Notes under the pieces: generated by a model | The model's input: only the letters and a program-made list of their open reading frames with translations | Told to the model about the DNA's origin: nothing | Database searches by the model: none | Assembly: GCA_022560735.1 (NCBI GenBank) | Contig: JADFSO010000001.1 | Coordinates: 144,953 to 208,952, forward strand | Length of the DNA stretch: 64,000 nt | Direction of reading: 5' to 3' | Origin: Pseudomonadota bacterium | GTDB taxonomy: Bacteria; Pseudomonadota; Gammaproteobacteria; Steroidobacterales; MnTg04 | Shown here: in pieces, positions 9,367 through 19,385 of the stretch | Numbering within the stretch: position 1 is the stretch's first letter | How the letters are laid out: each line of letters starts with the position of its first letter | Position numbers and translations under genes: made by a program

Positions 9367-10791
9367 ATGGCGTTTTCGATTCCATCTTTTTCCGCTGCAC
9401 GGGTGCTGGTCGCCGGTGACGTAATGCTGGATCGTTATTGGTTCGGTCCATGTTCGAGAATATCCCCGGAGGCGCCGGTTCCGGTTGTTCGAGTGACCAG
9501 CAACCAGGAACGCGCCGGCGGCGCCGCCAACGTCGCGGTCAACCTTGCCAGCCTTGGCGTAAAAACGCGACTGCTGGGGATTACCGGCGACGACGATGCA
9601 TCCTATAGCCTGCAGTCTTTGCTTGCCCACCAAGGGGTAGACTGCGAGTTTATGCGCATGCCGGATATTCCGACCATAACGAAGTTGCGCGTTATCAGCC
9701 GCAACCAGCAGTTACTGCGCATGGATTTCGAGGAGCCGCCAGGCAGCGGCCAGGGAGCCAGCCTCGATCAGCAGGTCGCGGCGGCGCTGCCGGAGGACGG
9801 TGTGGTCGTCTTGTCGGATTACGCGAAAGGCGCGCTGAGTAACGTACAGGAAATCATTGCCGCCTGCCGGGCGCGGGATCTGCCGGTCGTGGTCGATCCG
9901 AAAGGCAGCGATTTTTCGCGCTATGCCGGGGCGACGGCATTGACGCCCAACCTTGCCGAATTCGAGGCCGTGGTTGGTTCATGTGAGGATTTGCAGCAAC
10001 TCGAAGAGAAAGGCAGGGCGCTCCGCCAGCAATTGGGTCTGGGCTTTCTCCTGTTGACCCGCAGCGGGGAGGGCATGACGCTGATCCCGGAGAACGGCAA
10101 GGCGATTCATCTGCCCGCCGAAACGCGTGAGGTTTACGATGTGACCGGCGCCGGCGACACGGTTGTCGCGGTGCTGGCTGCGGGGATTGCCGCCGGACAG
10201 TCGCCCGAAGATGCGGCGAAGCTGGCGAATCTAGCCGCTGGCCTGGTGGTCCGGAAACTCGGCGTCGCCTCCGTCAGCGCCGACGAATTGCGCACGGCGT
10301 TGCACCGGCACGGTAAAGGCGGGCGCGAGCTGGTCGACCGCGGATCGCTGGAGACGCTGGTTCGGGAGGCGCAGACCCGCGGCGAGCGGGTGGTGATGAC
10401 CAACGGTTGTTTCGATATCCTGCACGCCGGGCATGTCGCCTACCTTGAAGAGGCCAAGGCATTGGGAGACCGGTTGGTGGTCGCGGTGAACGATGACGCA
10501 TCGGTAACCAGGCTCAAGGGCGCGGGCCGGCCGATCAATCCGCTGGCCGATCGCATGTCGGTGCTGGCCGGTCTGGCCGCGGTAGACTGGGTGGCGCCGT
10601 TCTCCGAAGATACGCCGGCACAATTGATAGAAGCTGTATTGCCCGATGTGCTGGTCAAGGGCGGTGACTACCGGATCGAGGATATTGCCGGCGGGCAGAG
10701 CGTGCTGGCCAATGGCGGGGAAGTTAAGGTATTGCCTTTGATGGATGGTCGTTCGACCAGCAGGATCATCGAATCCATACGCGACCAGTAA
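9367..10791 (+). CDS. hldE: Bifunctional D-beta-D-heptose 7-phosphate kinase / D-beta-D-heptose 1-phosphate adenylyltransferase
   Basis: MAFSIPSFSAARVLVAGDVMLDRYWFGPCSRISPEAPVPVV aligns residue for residue with the E. coli HldE N-terminus. The C-terminal cytidylyltransferase motif is NGCFDILHAGH. ATG 9367 is preferred over GTG 9322. Confidence 0.92.
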   Translation: MAFSIPSFSAARVLVAGDVMLDRYWFGPCSRISPEAPVPVVRVTSNQERAGGAANVAVNLASLGVKTRLLGITGDDDASYSLQSLLAHQGVDCEFMRMPDIPTITKLRVISRNQQLLRMDFEEPPGSGQGASLDQQVAAALPEDGVVVLSDYAKGALSNVQEIIAACRARDLPVVVDPKGSDFSRYAGATALTPNLAEFEAVVGSCEDLQQLEEKGRALRQQLGLGFLLLTRSGEGMTLIPENGKAIHLPAETREVYDVTGAGDTVVAVLAAGIAAGQSPEDAAKLANLAAGLVVRKLGVASVSADELRTALHRHGKGGRELVDRGSLETLVREAQTRGERVVMTNGCFDILHAGHVAYLEEAKALGDRLVVAVNDDASVTRLKGAGRPINPLADRMSVLAGLAAVDWVAPFSEDTPAQLIEAVLPDVLVKGGDYRIEDIAGGQSVLANGGEVKVLPLMDGRSTSRIIESIRDQ

Positions 10792-10807
10792 TCGCCTGGG
10801 CATTGTC

Positions 10808-12121
10808 GTGCGGCTGATCTACGTACTCCTTTCGTACCTGATAGCGCCGGTCGTCGTCGTGTTTCTGCTGTGGCGCGGGTTTTTCAATCGTGCCTATTTC
10901 GATCGTTTCGGCGAGAGATTCGGTTTTACCCGCTTGTCGGTTTCACGTCCGGCCATCTGGGTCCACGCGGTTTCGGTTGGCGAGGTCCAGGCGGCCGCGC
11001 CATTGGTCCGCGAACTAAACCGGAAGCACCCGGATATTCCGATCGTGATAACGACGGTGACGCCGACCGGCGCTCAGCGCGCCGTGGATTTGCTCGGCGA
11101 CTGTGCCAGACATTGTTACGCGCCATATGACCTGCCCGGGGCCGTCGCCCGGTTTTTCGATGCAGCCAGGCCGGCCCTGGCGATCATCATCGAAACGGAA
11201 CTGTGGCCGACGCTGTATCACGAATGTGGCAAGCGGCAGGTGCCGCTGGTGCTCGCCAGCGCCAGGATATCGCCGCGCTCGGTCAGCAAATACCGGTGGT
11301 TCAAGAGTCTTTTTCGTGAAGCCCTGTCGCATGGCATCGTCATTGCGGCGCAAAGCGAAAAGGACGCAGAGCGGTTCCGGTTGCTTGGCGCCCCACCGGA
11401 ACGGACCCACGTCGTCGGCAACATCAAGTTTGATTTCGAACTGCCCGCCGCTGTACTTACCGAGGGGCGCGCCATTCGCCAGGCGAACGCGCCGCAACGA
11501 CCGGTCTGGGTGGCGGCCAGCACCCATCATGACGAAGAAGAGCAGATGCTGGATGCACACGAGCGCCTGCGCCGGCAATACCCGGATGCGCTGTTGATAC
11601 TGGCGCCGCGGCACCCGGAGCGATTCGGATTGATCGCGACGCTGTTGCGCAAAAGGGGGGTCAGCTTTATCACCCGCAGCAGCGGCATGTCGTGCACGCC
11701 GGAAACCAGTGTTTTCCTGCTGGATACACTGGGGGAATTGCCGGTTTTTTACGCGGCATCCGATGTTGCCTTTGTCGCCGGCAGCCTGGTGCCGATCGGC
11801 GGTCACAATTTACTGGAGCCGGCGGCGCTGGGGATCCCGGTCCTGACCGGTCCTCATACCTTCAATGCCGAAGATATTGCCGAAATGCTGGCCGCTGTCG
11901 GGGCGATGCGGGAAGTCAAAAACTCGGTCGAGTTGGCGGCGCAACTGGCCAGCCTGATCGCCGATCCCGAGGCACGCCGTTATGCGGGTGCCCAGGGGCG
12001 CAAAACGGTGCAGGAAAACCGCGGGGCCGTCGCTCGCCTGCTGACGCTGCTCGACCCCCTGATCCCACGGGACAGACTCCCCGAAACAGCTAATCGGCCA
12101 GCCAGGAATTCACTTCGCTGA
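10808..12121 (+). CDS. waaA: 3-deoxy-D-manno-octulosonic acid transferase
   Basis: RLIYVLLSYLIAP...FGERFGF...HAVSVGE matches the WaaA/KdtA N-terminus. GTG 10808 gives the expected N-terminal length. The 10745 start would overlap hldE. Confidence 0.9.
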   Translation: MRLIYVLLSYLIAPVVVVFLLWRGFFNRAYFDRFGERFGFTRLSVSRPAIWVHAVSVGEVQAAAPLVRELNRKHPDIPIVITTVTPTGAQRAVDLLGDCARHCYAPYDLPGAVARFFDAARPALAIIIETELWPTLYHECGKRQVPLVLASARISPRSVSKYRWFKSLFREALSHGIVIAAQSEKDAERFRLLGAPPERTHVVGNIKFDFELPAAVLTEGRAIRQANAPQRPVWVAASTHHDEEEQMLDAHERLRRQYPDALLILAPRHPERFGLIATLLRKRGVSFITRSSGMSCTPETSVFLLDTLGELPVFYAASDVAFVAGSLVPIGGHNLLEPAALGIPVLTGPHTFNAEDIAEMLAAVGAMREVKNSVELAAQLASLIADPEARRYAGAQGRKTVQENRGAVARLLTLLDPLIPRDRLPETANRPARNSLR

Positions 12122-13475
12122 TATCCCGGCCCGACAGGTTGCCCGCGGCCTGTTTCAGGCGCAGGACATTGACGATGTAATTATAGCGGGTGCGCGCATA
12201 ATCGGTGCGCGCACGGAACAGTTCCTGCCTCGCGTTGAGTACGTCTACCGTGGTGCGTGTACCGACCTCAAAACCGGCTTCCGAGGCCTGCAAGGCTTTC
12301 TCGTTGGATTGCACGGCGCGGCGCAGGGCCCGCACGCGGGCGATCTGCGATATCACGGCATCGTAGGCATCGCGTGTCGATCGTTCGGTCTCGCGTGCGA
12401 CTCGCTCGACCTTTTCGCGGGCCGCACGATGTCGGTAAACAGACTGGCGCACGATGGAGGAGGTATTTCCGCCGCTGAAAATCGGAATATTCAGCTGCAA
12501 AGTAACGCTGGTCGTGTTGCTTGCCGCATCGGCTGGAGAAAACGGAGCTCCCTGGTCCGAGCGGCTGGCATCCCGGTCGAAACCGGTTCGCGATGCGACC
12601 AGGTCCAGGGTGGGCATGTGCCCGGAGCGGTTGATGCGCACCTGGTCTTTGGCAACGTCCGCCTGCAGGCGGGTCGAATTCAGGGCCAGGTTGTTTTTCA
12701 GGCTCTGTTCGACCCAGGCATCGGCGTTCGCCGGGTCGGGGTTGATCAGCGGCAGGTCTTTCCCGGGTCGTTGCAGTTCGTCGATGTATTCGCCGGTAAT
12801 TTCGCGCAATAATTCCTTGGCCGTGGACAGTAAGCGGCGGGCACCGATATCGGTGGCGACCGCGAGGTCATAAGCAGCCTGTGCTTCCAGCACATCGGTG
12901 ATTGCGATCAGTCCGACTTCGAAACGTTTTTCGGCCTGCTCGAGCTGGCGCTTGGTGGCTTCCTTGCTGGCCAGTTCCGCATCCAGTGTGTCATGTGCGG
13001 CCAAAACGTTGAAGTAGGCCTCGGCGACGCGCAGCATCAAATCCTGTTGTGCGGCCTGGTAATCGATCTCTGCCTGGGCAACCTGTTTCTGTGCCTGTCG
13101 CAGACCGACTATGCGATCCCAGCGAAACAAGGGTTGTTGCAATTGCAGACGCCACTGAATTTCATCGCTGACATCGGTTTTAAAGGCAGATGTCACGGTC
13201 TGCACAGCGCCGGTTATCGGGTCTTCCACCTGGAAAGTGCTGCTACCGCTGCTGTCGCTTTCACCGCGCGAATAAAACGCGGTGATCAGCGGCAACAACG
13301 CCGCACGAGCCTGCGGCGATGCTTCGCTTGAGGCCAGGCGATTGGCATTGGCTTCGCGCAAGGTCGGGTCGCTGACCAGCGCTATCTGGTAAACCTCGGC
13401 CAGGTCAGTCCCGCCGGCCGTCGATGCGCCGAAAAAAATCAGCGTCACAAGTAAGAAACGCGAAATGATATGCAT
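12090..13475 (-). CDS. tolC: TolC family outer-membrane channel
   Basis: It has a signal peptide, an internally duplicated coiled-coil/beta-barrel architecture and a typical N-terminal DLAEVYQIALVSDPTLREA. Length is 461 aa. Confidence 0.9.
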   Translation of the reverse strand: MHIISRFLLVTLIFFGASTAGGTDLAEVYQIALVSDPTLREANANRLASSEASPQARAALLPLITAFYSRGESDSSGSSTFQVEDPITGAVQTVTSAFKTDVSDEIQWRLQLQQPLFRWDRIVGLRQAQKQVAQAEIDYQAAQQDLMLRVAEAYFNVLAAHDTLDAELASKEATKRQLEQAEKRFEVGLIAITDVLEAQAAYDLAVATDIGARRLLSTAKELLREITGEYIDELQRPGKDLPLINPDPANADAWVEQSLKNNLALNSTRLQADVAKDQVRINRSGHMPTLDLVASRTGFDRDASRSDQGAPFSPADAASNTTSVTLQLNIPIFSGGNTSSIVRQSVYRHRAAREKVERVARETERSTRDAYDAVISQIARVRALRRAVQSNEKALQASEAGFEVGTRTTVDVLNARQELFRARTDYARTRYNYIVNVLRLKQAAGNLSGRDISEVNSWLAD

Positions 13476-13520
13476 GGGATTTCCTTGCGGCGTAAAGCCG
13501 ACGGCATAGTGTATTAGTTA

Positions 13521-13548
13521 ACTATATCACTAAATCGGTAATTTTCAA
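13521..13548 (-). promoter_or_regulatory. Putative sigma-70 promoter for tolC (TTGAAA-16 nt-TGaTATAGT)
   Basis: On the minus strand the sequence reads TTGAAA attaccgatttagtga TATAGT, with a TG at the extended -10 position. It lies in an AT-rich gap about 45 nt upstream of the tolC ATG. Confidence 0.45.
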
Positions 13549-13607
13549 AAAAACACTGTTTTTGCGTGGTTTGAACGTATTTTCGCTGTTAGCAGGCAAG
13601 GTCTGAG

Positions 13608-13898
13608 CTATCGCCAGCAGCCGGGTATGGACTGATCCACTTGTTCCGACCAGGCCAGGATCCCGCCTTGCAGATTGAAAACCCGCGGGCAGCCATTTTG
13701 TACCAGGTAGGCAGCCACTTGCATGCTGCGCGCGCCGGAACGACACATCACCACGACAGGGCGCTGGTTATCGAGTTCGTCCATGCGCCCAGGAACCTGG
13801 TCCAGCGGAATATGGAGTGCTGCCGGCGAACCGGCGATGGCGAGTTCCCGGTCTTCACGCACGTCAGGCAGCACCGGCGGCTGGCTGGAGGCAAGCAC
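13608..13898 (-). CDS. Single-domain rhodanese (sulfurtransferase)
   Basis: The active-site loop is VVMCRSGARS (CRxGxR[ST]) and the C-terminus has GGILAW. The start is GTG, and the N-terminus is short for the family. Confidence 0.75.
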   Translation of the reverse strand: MLASSQPPVLPDVREDRELAIAGSPAALHIPLDQVPGRMDELDNQRPVVVMCRSGARSMQVAAYLVQNGCPRVFNLQGGILAWSEQVDQSIPGCWR

Positions 13899-13914
13899 TC
13901 CTCTGGCGTCATCT

Positions 13915-14577
13915 CTAAAATCGAAAGCGATCCAGTGCGACGACCTCGCGCATTGGCGTAATCACCGTTTCAAACAATGAATCGGTCAACCATTCATCTT
14001 CGCCAACCCGGGTGACCAGCCTGGCGCGCATGAGTGGTTCCTCGCCGACGATAACGAACAACCGGCCGCCCGTATTCAGCGCCGTTTCGAAGCGGCGATC
14101 ATAGGCCGGCAGCGATGCTGTCACGGCGATGACATCGTATTTCCGCTCCGTGCCAAGCTCCATCGCGTTCAAGGTTTCCAGCGACACGTTGCCGGCGCCC
14201 GAGCTGTCGAGGCTGGTCTGCGCCATCGCGGTCAGTTCCGGAAAAATATCGACGCTGTGCACCTGGCCGGCGAGTGCCGCGAGGCAGGCGGTGAGAAAAC
14301 CGCTGCCGGTGCCGATCTCGAGCACGCGGTCATCCTTGCCCGGGTTCAACGCCTGGAGAAGCTGGCCTTCCACCAGCGGGGACATCATGCATTGACCGTG
14401 TGCCAGGGGGATAGTGCAGTCGGCAAAAGCGACCCCGGCGTACTCGGCGGGCACAAAATCTTCACGATTGACGCTGGCCAATGCGTCCAGAATCTTCAGG
14501 TCGAGGACTTCGCCGGCCCTGACTTGTTGTTTGAGCATCTGCTGGCGCGCAAATTCAAGATTCATTGAGTTCTCCAT
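13915..14577 (-). CDS. Protein-L-isoaspartate O-methyltransferase family protein
   Basis: It has the SAM-binding motif VLEIGTGSGFLTACLA and the N-terminal VNREDFVP typical of the PCMT family. GGAG lies upstream of the ATG. Confidence 0.8.
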   Translation of the reverse strand: MENSMNLEFARQQMLKQQVRAGEVLDLKILDALASVNREDFVPAEYAGVAFADCTIPLAHGQCMMSPLVEGQLLQALNPGKDDRVLEIGTGSGFLTACLAALAGQVHSVDIFPELTAMAQTSLDSSGAGNVSLETLNAMELGTERKYDVIAVTASLPAYDRRFETALNTGGRLFVIVGEEPLMRARLVTRVGEDEWLTDSLFETVITPMREVVALDRFRF

Positions 14578-14798
14578 TCCTGACTCCGCCCGCTGGAACA
14601 GGTTGTGCTGGCGGCGTAAAGATTACGCATTCAGTATCCGGGTGACAAGACAATATACATGGCATTATGGTGAATACCACCAATTCGCCAGCGAGCCTTG
14701 GGATATGCTTGACGCCTTGTCGGACAGGCTGTTTCAGCCTTTTTCCGGGTCGTTGGCAGTATGGGTATTTTGCTTTTTCTGCCATTCAGAGGATCATC

Positions 14799-14993
14799 AT
14801 GGGCGCGAATCCCAAAGACCTGTTTGCCGCAGTCGGTCAACTGACCGCCGATGCCATGCGACCGTTCCCCGATCCTTTTCCTTACCCGACCCGCTATGCG
14901 TCTCAATCGATTGAAAAAATGGCCTCCATTCCCCGCTGCCACGGTAGAACAACCCCGGGACCGACAGGCGCCAGTGTGAAGAGATGTATTTGA
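14799..14993 (+). CDS. Candidate small ORF (64 aa), hypothetical
   Basis: An ATG is preceded by AGAGGA at 5-nt spacing. The stop TGA overlaps the ATG at 14984 of the downstream GGDEF-EAL gene. I recognise no homology, and rare codons occur near the 3' end. Confidence 0.25.
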   Translation: MGANPKDLFAAVGQLTADAMRPFPDPFPYPTRYASQSIEKMASIPRCHGRTTPGPTGASVKRCI

Positions 14994-17287
14994 AGACGCC
15001 ATTCATGGAAATTTTATGGATCGCTGCCGGCATATTCATCGGGGTACTGTTGTTACAGTTTTACCGGCTAAGGTCGCGCTCGCGTATCCGAAGAATGGGT
15101 ACCGAGCTCGGTGAGATTACCGGCAGCCACAATTTCCAGAGCCGGTTGAGCATCGCCGGCGAAGACGACGCGCTGTCTGATCTCGGGGGCACGGTAAACC
15201 AGTTGCTTGATGTGCTTGGCGACACCGAGCGCCAGTTGCGGGAAAAACAGAGTATGTTTCTGCAGCTCGCCGAGGCGCAGAGCGATGTGATCTTTGTGCA
15301 TCGCGACGAAATCCTTTATGCCAACGAGGCCGCGGCAGAAACTCTGGGAATAGCGCCGGCTACGCTGATCGGAATGTCGATATACGATTTAATGAGACCG
15401 GCGCAGCGTCAAAAAGCCAGGGAAAATATCGCAAAGAAACTGGCCTCCAAAGAAGTGGTGCCGTGTAGCGACTTGCAATTGATGAAGTCCGATGGCCAGG
15501 CGTTATGGCTGCAGGTCACCAGTGTCCCGGTGGAGTTCCAGGGCAAGCCCGCGCTGATGAGCGTGGGGGAAGACATCAGCCTGCGAATAATGGCCGATAA
15601 AGTGCTGGCGGAAAGCAGGCGCCAGGCTCAGCTGACCCTGGATTCGATCGGCGAAGGCGTGATTACCACTGACGTAGACGGCCGGATCGATTACCTCAAT
15701 GGTGCGGCAGGCGAGCTGGCCGGTGTTAAATCGGAAGAGGTTCTGGGCCGTACGATGGGGGAAACCATCAACCTGGTCGATGAATCTGACCGACGATCGC
15801 TGGGTGACCCGGCGCAACGCTGCCTGCAGGAGCAGGACAGGATCAATCTTGGCCGCGGTGCACTGTTGCTGGTAAGGAACGGTGGCGGTGAGCATTCCAT
15901 CGAACTGACCGCTTCGCCGATACGCGATTCAGCCGGTCACATCATCGGCGCGGTCGTTGTTTTGCACGATGTGACCGAAATGCGCGGAATAACCCAGCAG
16001 ATGTCCTACCAGGCGAGCCATGATGCGCTGACCGGTCTGATCAACAGACGGGAATTTGAAAGAAGGCTGGATGAGTCTTTGCAGGGCGCGCGAACCGGCG
16101 ATGGACAACACGCGCTTTGCTATCTGGATCTGGATGGATTCAAGACGGTGAATGATACCTGCGGACACATAGCTGGCGACAGCATGTTGCGCGAAGTGGC
16201 CGGGCTGATTAAGGAAAAGGTTCGTGATTCGGATACCGTTGCGCGGCTCGGCGGCGATGAATTCGGCATGTTGCTGGTGGGTTGCCCGCTGGAAAAGGGC
16301 CGCCAGATAGCCGATGACGTTTGTTTCGCGGTCAAGGACTACCGCTTTGTGTGGCGCGACAAGATTTTCAATATCGGCGTCAGTATCGGTCTGGTGGAGG
16401 TCGGCCATGAAAGCGGGGTAATGGAAGATTTGCTCAGCGCGGCTGACTCCGCTTGCTATGTGGCCAAGAAACAAGGCAAGGGCCGGGTGCATGTTTATTC
16501 CTCGCATGACGAGGCCGTGGCGCGTCACCGGGGAGAAATACAATGGCTGCAGCGCCTGCAATCGGCGCTGAGCAACGACGAATTTGAACTTTTTTCCCAA
16601 CCCATCGTATCGCTGAGCGGGAAGACAAAAAACGGCCCGGCATTTGAGATCCTGCTGCGCATGAGAGACGAAACTGGCGCAGAGATATCGCCGGACAAGT
16701 TCATGAGGGCGGCCGAGAGATATCAAATCATGCCGCATATCGATCGCTGGGTTGTACAAAGAACCCTGGCGGCGCTTGCCAGTAATTCGATCGGGTTGCC
16801 GGCGGGCAGGAGTTGCGCGATCAATATTTCGGGCCAGACACTGGCCGACGAAGGATTCCTGGAATTCGTCGTGGATTGCCTGGATCGCACCGGGGTGGAT
16901 GCCGCCAAGATTTGTTTCGAAGTGACCGAGTCCGCCGTGGTGGACAACCTGACTCACGCGCAGCGATTTATCGGCGTTCTGCATGGCATGGGTTGTCGCT
17001 TCACGCTGGATGATTTCGGTAGCGAAGTTGGCTCGATAGCCAATCTGAAAAACCTGGCCATGGATTATCTCAAGATCGATGGTTCATTTATCCGCAACCT
17101 GGGATCCGACGAAGTCAATCGAGCCATGGTCGATGCGATGATCAAGCTGGCGCGCACCCTCAATTTCGAAGTGATCGCCGAGCAAGTCGAGGACAACCAG
17201 TCGCTGGAAGCGATCCGCCTGCTGGGTTTCGATTACGTGCAAGGTTATTTGCTCGGCCGCCCGCAGCCGCTGCAGGCCGTGGCCTGA
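14984..17287 (+). CDS. Membrane-anchored PAS-PAS-GGDEF-EAL signalling protein (c-di-GMP turnover)
   Basis: It has an N-terminal TM helix and two PAS-like regions. The GGDEF motif is intact (RLGGDEFGMLL). The EAL domain carries FEILLRM, EVTES, DDFGSE, KIDGS and AEQVE. The alternative start is ATG 15005. Confidence 0.9.
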   Translation: MYLKTPFMEILWIAAGIFIGVLLLQFYRLRSRSRIRRMGTELGEITGSHNFQSRLSIAGEDDALSDLGGTVNQLLDVLGDTERQLREKQSMFLQLAEAQSDVIFVHRDEILYANEAAAETLGIAPATLIGMSIYDLMRPAQRQKARENIAKKLASKEVVPCSDLQLMKSDGQALWLQVTSVPVEFQGKPALMSVGEDISLRIMADKVLAESRRQAQLTLDSIGEGVITTDVDGRIDYLNGAAGELAGVKSEEVLGRTMGETINLVDESDRRSLGDPAQRCLQEQDRINLGRGALLLVRNGGGEHSIELTASPIRDSAGHIIGAVVVLHDVTEMRGITQQMSYQASHDALTGLINRREFERRLDESLQGARTGDGQHALCYLDLDGFKTVNDTCGHIAGDSMLREVAGLIKEKVRDSDTVARLGGDEFGMLLVGCPLEKGRQIADDVCFAVKDYRFVWRDKIFNIGVSIGLVEVGHESGVMEDLLSAADSACYVAKKQGKGRVHVYSSHDEAVARHRGEIQWLQRLQSALSNDEFELFSQPIVSLSGKTKNGPAFEILLRMRDETGAEISPDKFMRAAERYQIMPHIDRWVVQRTLAALASNSIGLPAGRSCAINISGQTLADEGFLEFVVDCLDRTGVDAAKICFEVTESAVVDNLTHAQRFIGVLHGMGCRFTLDDFGSEVGSIANLKNLAMDYLKIDGSFIRNLGSDEVNRAMVDAMIKLARTLNFEVIAEQVEDNQSLEAIRLLGFDYVQGYLLGRPQPLQAVA

Positions 17288-17325
17288 AAAAAAGGGCCGA
17301 ACCCCGCGCCGTGGAGTTCAGCCCC
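17287..17325 (-). terminator. Rho-independent terminator of hppA
   Basis: On the minus strand the sequence is GGGGCTGAAC-tccacggcgcggg-GTTCGGCCC followed by TTTTTTT. It begins 8 nt after the hppA stop. Confidence 0.7.
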
Positions 17326-17332
17326 TGACTTG

Positions 17333-19372
17333 CTAGACCAACAACTGGACCAGCAACAAAGCGACAATGTTGATGATCTTGATCAGCGGGTTGATCGCCG
17401 GGCCTGCGGTATCTTTGTAAGGGTCGCCGACGGTGTCTCCGGTCACGGCGGCCATGTGGGCTGCCGAACCTTTGCCGCCGAAATGACCGTCCTCGATATA
17501 CTTTTTCGCGTTGTCCCATGCACCACCACCGGTAGTCATCGAGATCGCGACAAACAGACCGGTCACGATCGTGCCGATCAGCAGCCCGCCAAGCGCGAGG
17601 ATGCCTGCCTCCGGTCCCATCAGCCAGTTCATGACAAAGTACAGCACGACCGGCATCAGCACCGGCAGCAGCGACGGTACGATCATCTCCTTGATTGCAG
17701 ACCTGGTCAGCAGGTCGATGGCGCGCGAATAATCGGGTTTGCCGGTGCCATCCATAATCCCGGGAATTTCACGGAACTGGCGGCGAACCTCGTTGACCAC
17801 CGAGGCAGCGGCGCGTCCGACGGCTTCCATCGCCATCGATGCGAACAAATAGGGCACCATGCCACCGATAAACAGACCGATAATGACGGCCGGTTTGTCG
17901 AGGCTGAATACCACGGACTCGTCCACGTAGTTGGTAAAATCCGCGAACAGGACCAGCGCCGCGAGACCGGCCGAGCCGATCGCATAACCCTTGGTCACCG
18001 CCTTGGTCGTATTGCCCACCGCGTCCAGCGGATCGGTGATACGCCGAATCTCCTCGGGCATTTTCGCCATCTCTGCGATGCCACCCGCGTTATCGGTGAT
18101 CGGGCCAAATGCATCCAGCGCGACGATCATGCCGGTCATCGACAACATGCTGGTGGCTGCGATGGCGATGCCATACAGACCGGCCATCTCAAACGCGCCA
18201 TAGATGCTCAGACAGACGGCGATCACCGGCAGTGCCGTGGCCTTCATCGACAGGCCCAGGCCGGCGATGATGTTGGTCGCGTGCCCGGTTGTGGAGGCTT
18301 TTGCCACCTGCTGTACAGGGCCGAATTCGGTCCCTGTGTAGTACTCGGTGACGACCACCATGAATGCGGTCAGGCCCAGACCGATCAGCGCGGCAAACCA
18401 CAGGTTCAGCGCGCTGAATTCCGGCATGCCGCTCATCATCCAGTCGGTGACAAAATAAAACGCCACGGCCGCAATGACGCCGGAAACGATTACGCCCTTG
18501 TACAGCGCGTTCATGATCTTTGCGCCGTCTTTGGTCCGGACGAAAAATGTTCCGATGATCGACGCGACGATGGACACCGCACCGAGAACCAATGGGTAGA
18601 CGACTACAGTATCGCCGCCGCCGCTCAGCAGCAGACTGCCAAGCAGCATCGTGGCAACGATGGTGACCGCATAGGTTTCGAACAGGTCGGCAGCCATGCC
18701 GGCACAGTCGCCGACGTTGTCACCGACGTTGTCGGCGATTACCGCCGGGTTGCGCGGGTCGTCTTCGGGAATTCCTGCTTCGACCTTGCCGACGAGGTCG
18801 GCGCCGACATCAGCGCCCTTGGTAAAAATTCCGCCGCCGAGTCGGGCAAAGATCGAAATCAGCGAACCGCCAAATGCCAGCCCGATCAAGGCGTGGAGGA
18901 TTTCCGTGGTATCGTGTCCCAGCGTTTTCAACACCATGAAATATGCGGCGATACCGAGCAATCCCAGCCCGACCACGAGCATGCCGGTGATCGCGCCGCC
19001 ACGAAAAGCGACGTTGAGCGCGGCGTTGATGCCCTGGTGCGCGGCTTGCGCGGTACGCACGTTTGCCTGCACCGAGATTTTCATGCCGATGAAACCGGTC
19101 AGCCCCGACAATATTGCGCCGATCGCAAAGCCGATCGCGCTCAGGCTGCCAAGCGCAATCCACAGGATGACGAGCAGCACCACACCGACCATCGAGATCG
19201 CGCGGTATTGCCTGTTCATGTAGGCGCTGGCGCCTTCCTGGATCGCCACTGCAATGCTTTGCATTTTTTCATTGCCCGCGGGCTGGGCCATAATCCACTT
19301 TGCTGAAAGCGCGCTATAAACCAGCGCCAGCACCGCCGCTCCGAGAGCAATCCAAAGCGCCAAATCTGCCAT
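17333..19372 (-). CDS. hppA: Membrane-bound proton-translocating pyrophosphatase, K+-independent type
   Basis: The canonical signature [44 protein letters not shown] is present. The GNTTKA motif (Lys rather than Ala) marks K+-independent enzymes. The protein is 679 aa and polytopic. Confidence 0.95.
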   Translation of the reverse strand: MADLALWIALGAAVLALVYSALSAKWIMAQPAGNEKMQSIAVAIQEGASAYMNRQYRAISMVGVVLLVILWIALGSLSAIGFAIGAILSGLTGFIGMKISVQANVRTAQAAHQGINAALNVAFRGGAITGMLVVGLGLLGIAAYFMVLKTLGHDTTEILHALIGLAFGGSLISIFARLGGGIFTKGADVGADLVGKVEAGIPEDDPRNPAVIADNVGDNVGDCAGMAADLFETYAVTIVATMLLGSLLLSGGGDTVVVYPLVLGAVSIVASIIGTFFVRTKDGAKIMNALYKGVIVSGVIAAVAFYFVTDWMMSGMPEFSALNLWFAALIGLGLTAFMVVVTEYYTGTEFGPVQQVAKASTTGHATNIIAGLGLSMKATALPVIAVCLSIYGAFEMAGLYGIAIAATSMLSMTGMIVALDAFGPITDNAGGIAEMAKMPEEIRRITDPLDAVGNTTKAVTKGYAIGSAGLAALVLFADFTNYVDESVVFSLDKPAVIIGLFIGGMVPYLFASMAMEAVGRAAASVVNEVRRQFREIPGIMDGTGKPDYSRAIDLLTRSAIKEMIVPSLLPVLMPVVLYFVMNWLMGPEAGILALGGLLIGTIVTGLFVAISMTTGGGAWDNAKKYIEDGHFGGKGSAAHMAAVTGDTVGDPYKDTAGPAINPLIKIINIVALLLVQLLV

Positions 19373-19385
19373 TTCTCAATCTCCC

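Noticed and set aside
14643-14675. A dif-like XerD half-site: TTATGGTGAAT matches TTATGTTAAAT at 9 of 11 positions, near a TATACA core.
   Set aside because: The spacing to the TATACA core is wrong, and the would-be XerC arm matches poorly in either orientation. It is most likely a chance half-site in an AT-richer promoter region.
17330-19306. A 658-aa ORF on the plus strand, nearly as long as hppA and exactly antisense to it.
   Set aside because: The minus strand encodes a full-length H+-PPase with every canonical motif. The plus-strand product is a His/Asp/Arg/Gly/Gln-rich low-complexity string. That is what reverse-complementing GC3-biased hydrophobic codons produces, so it is a shadow ORF.
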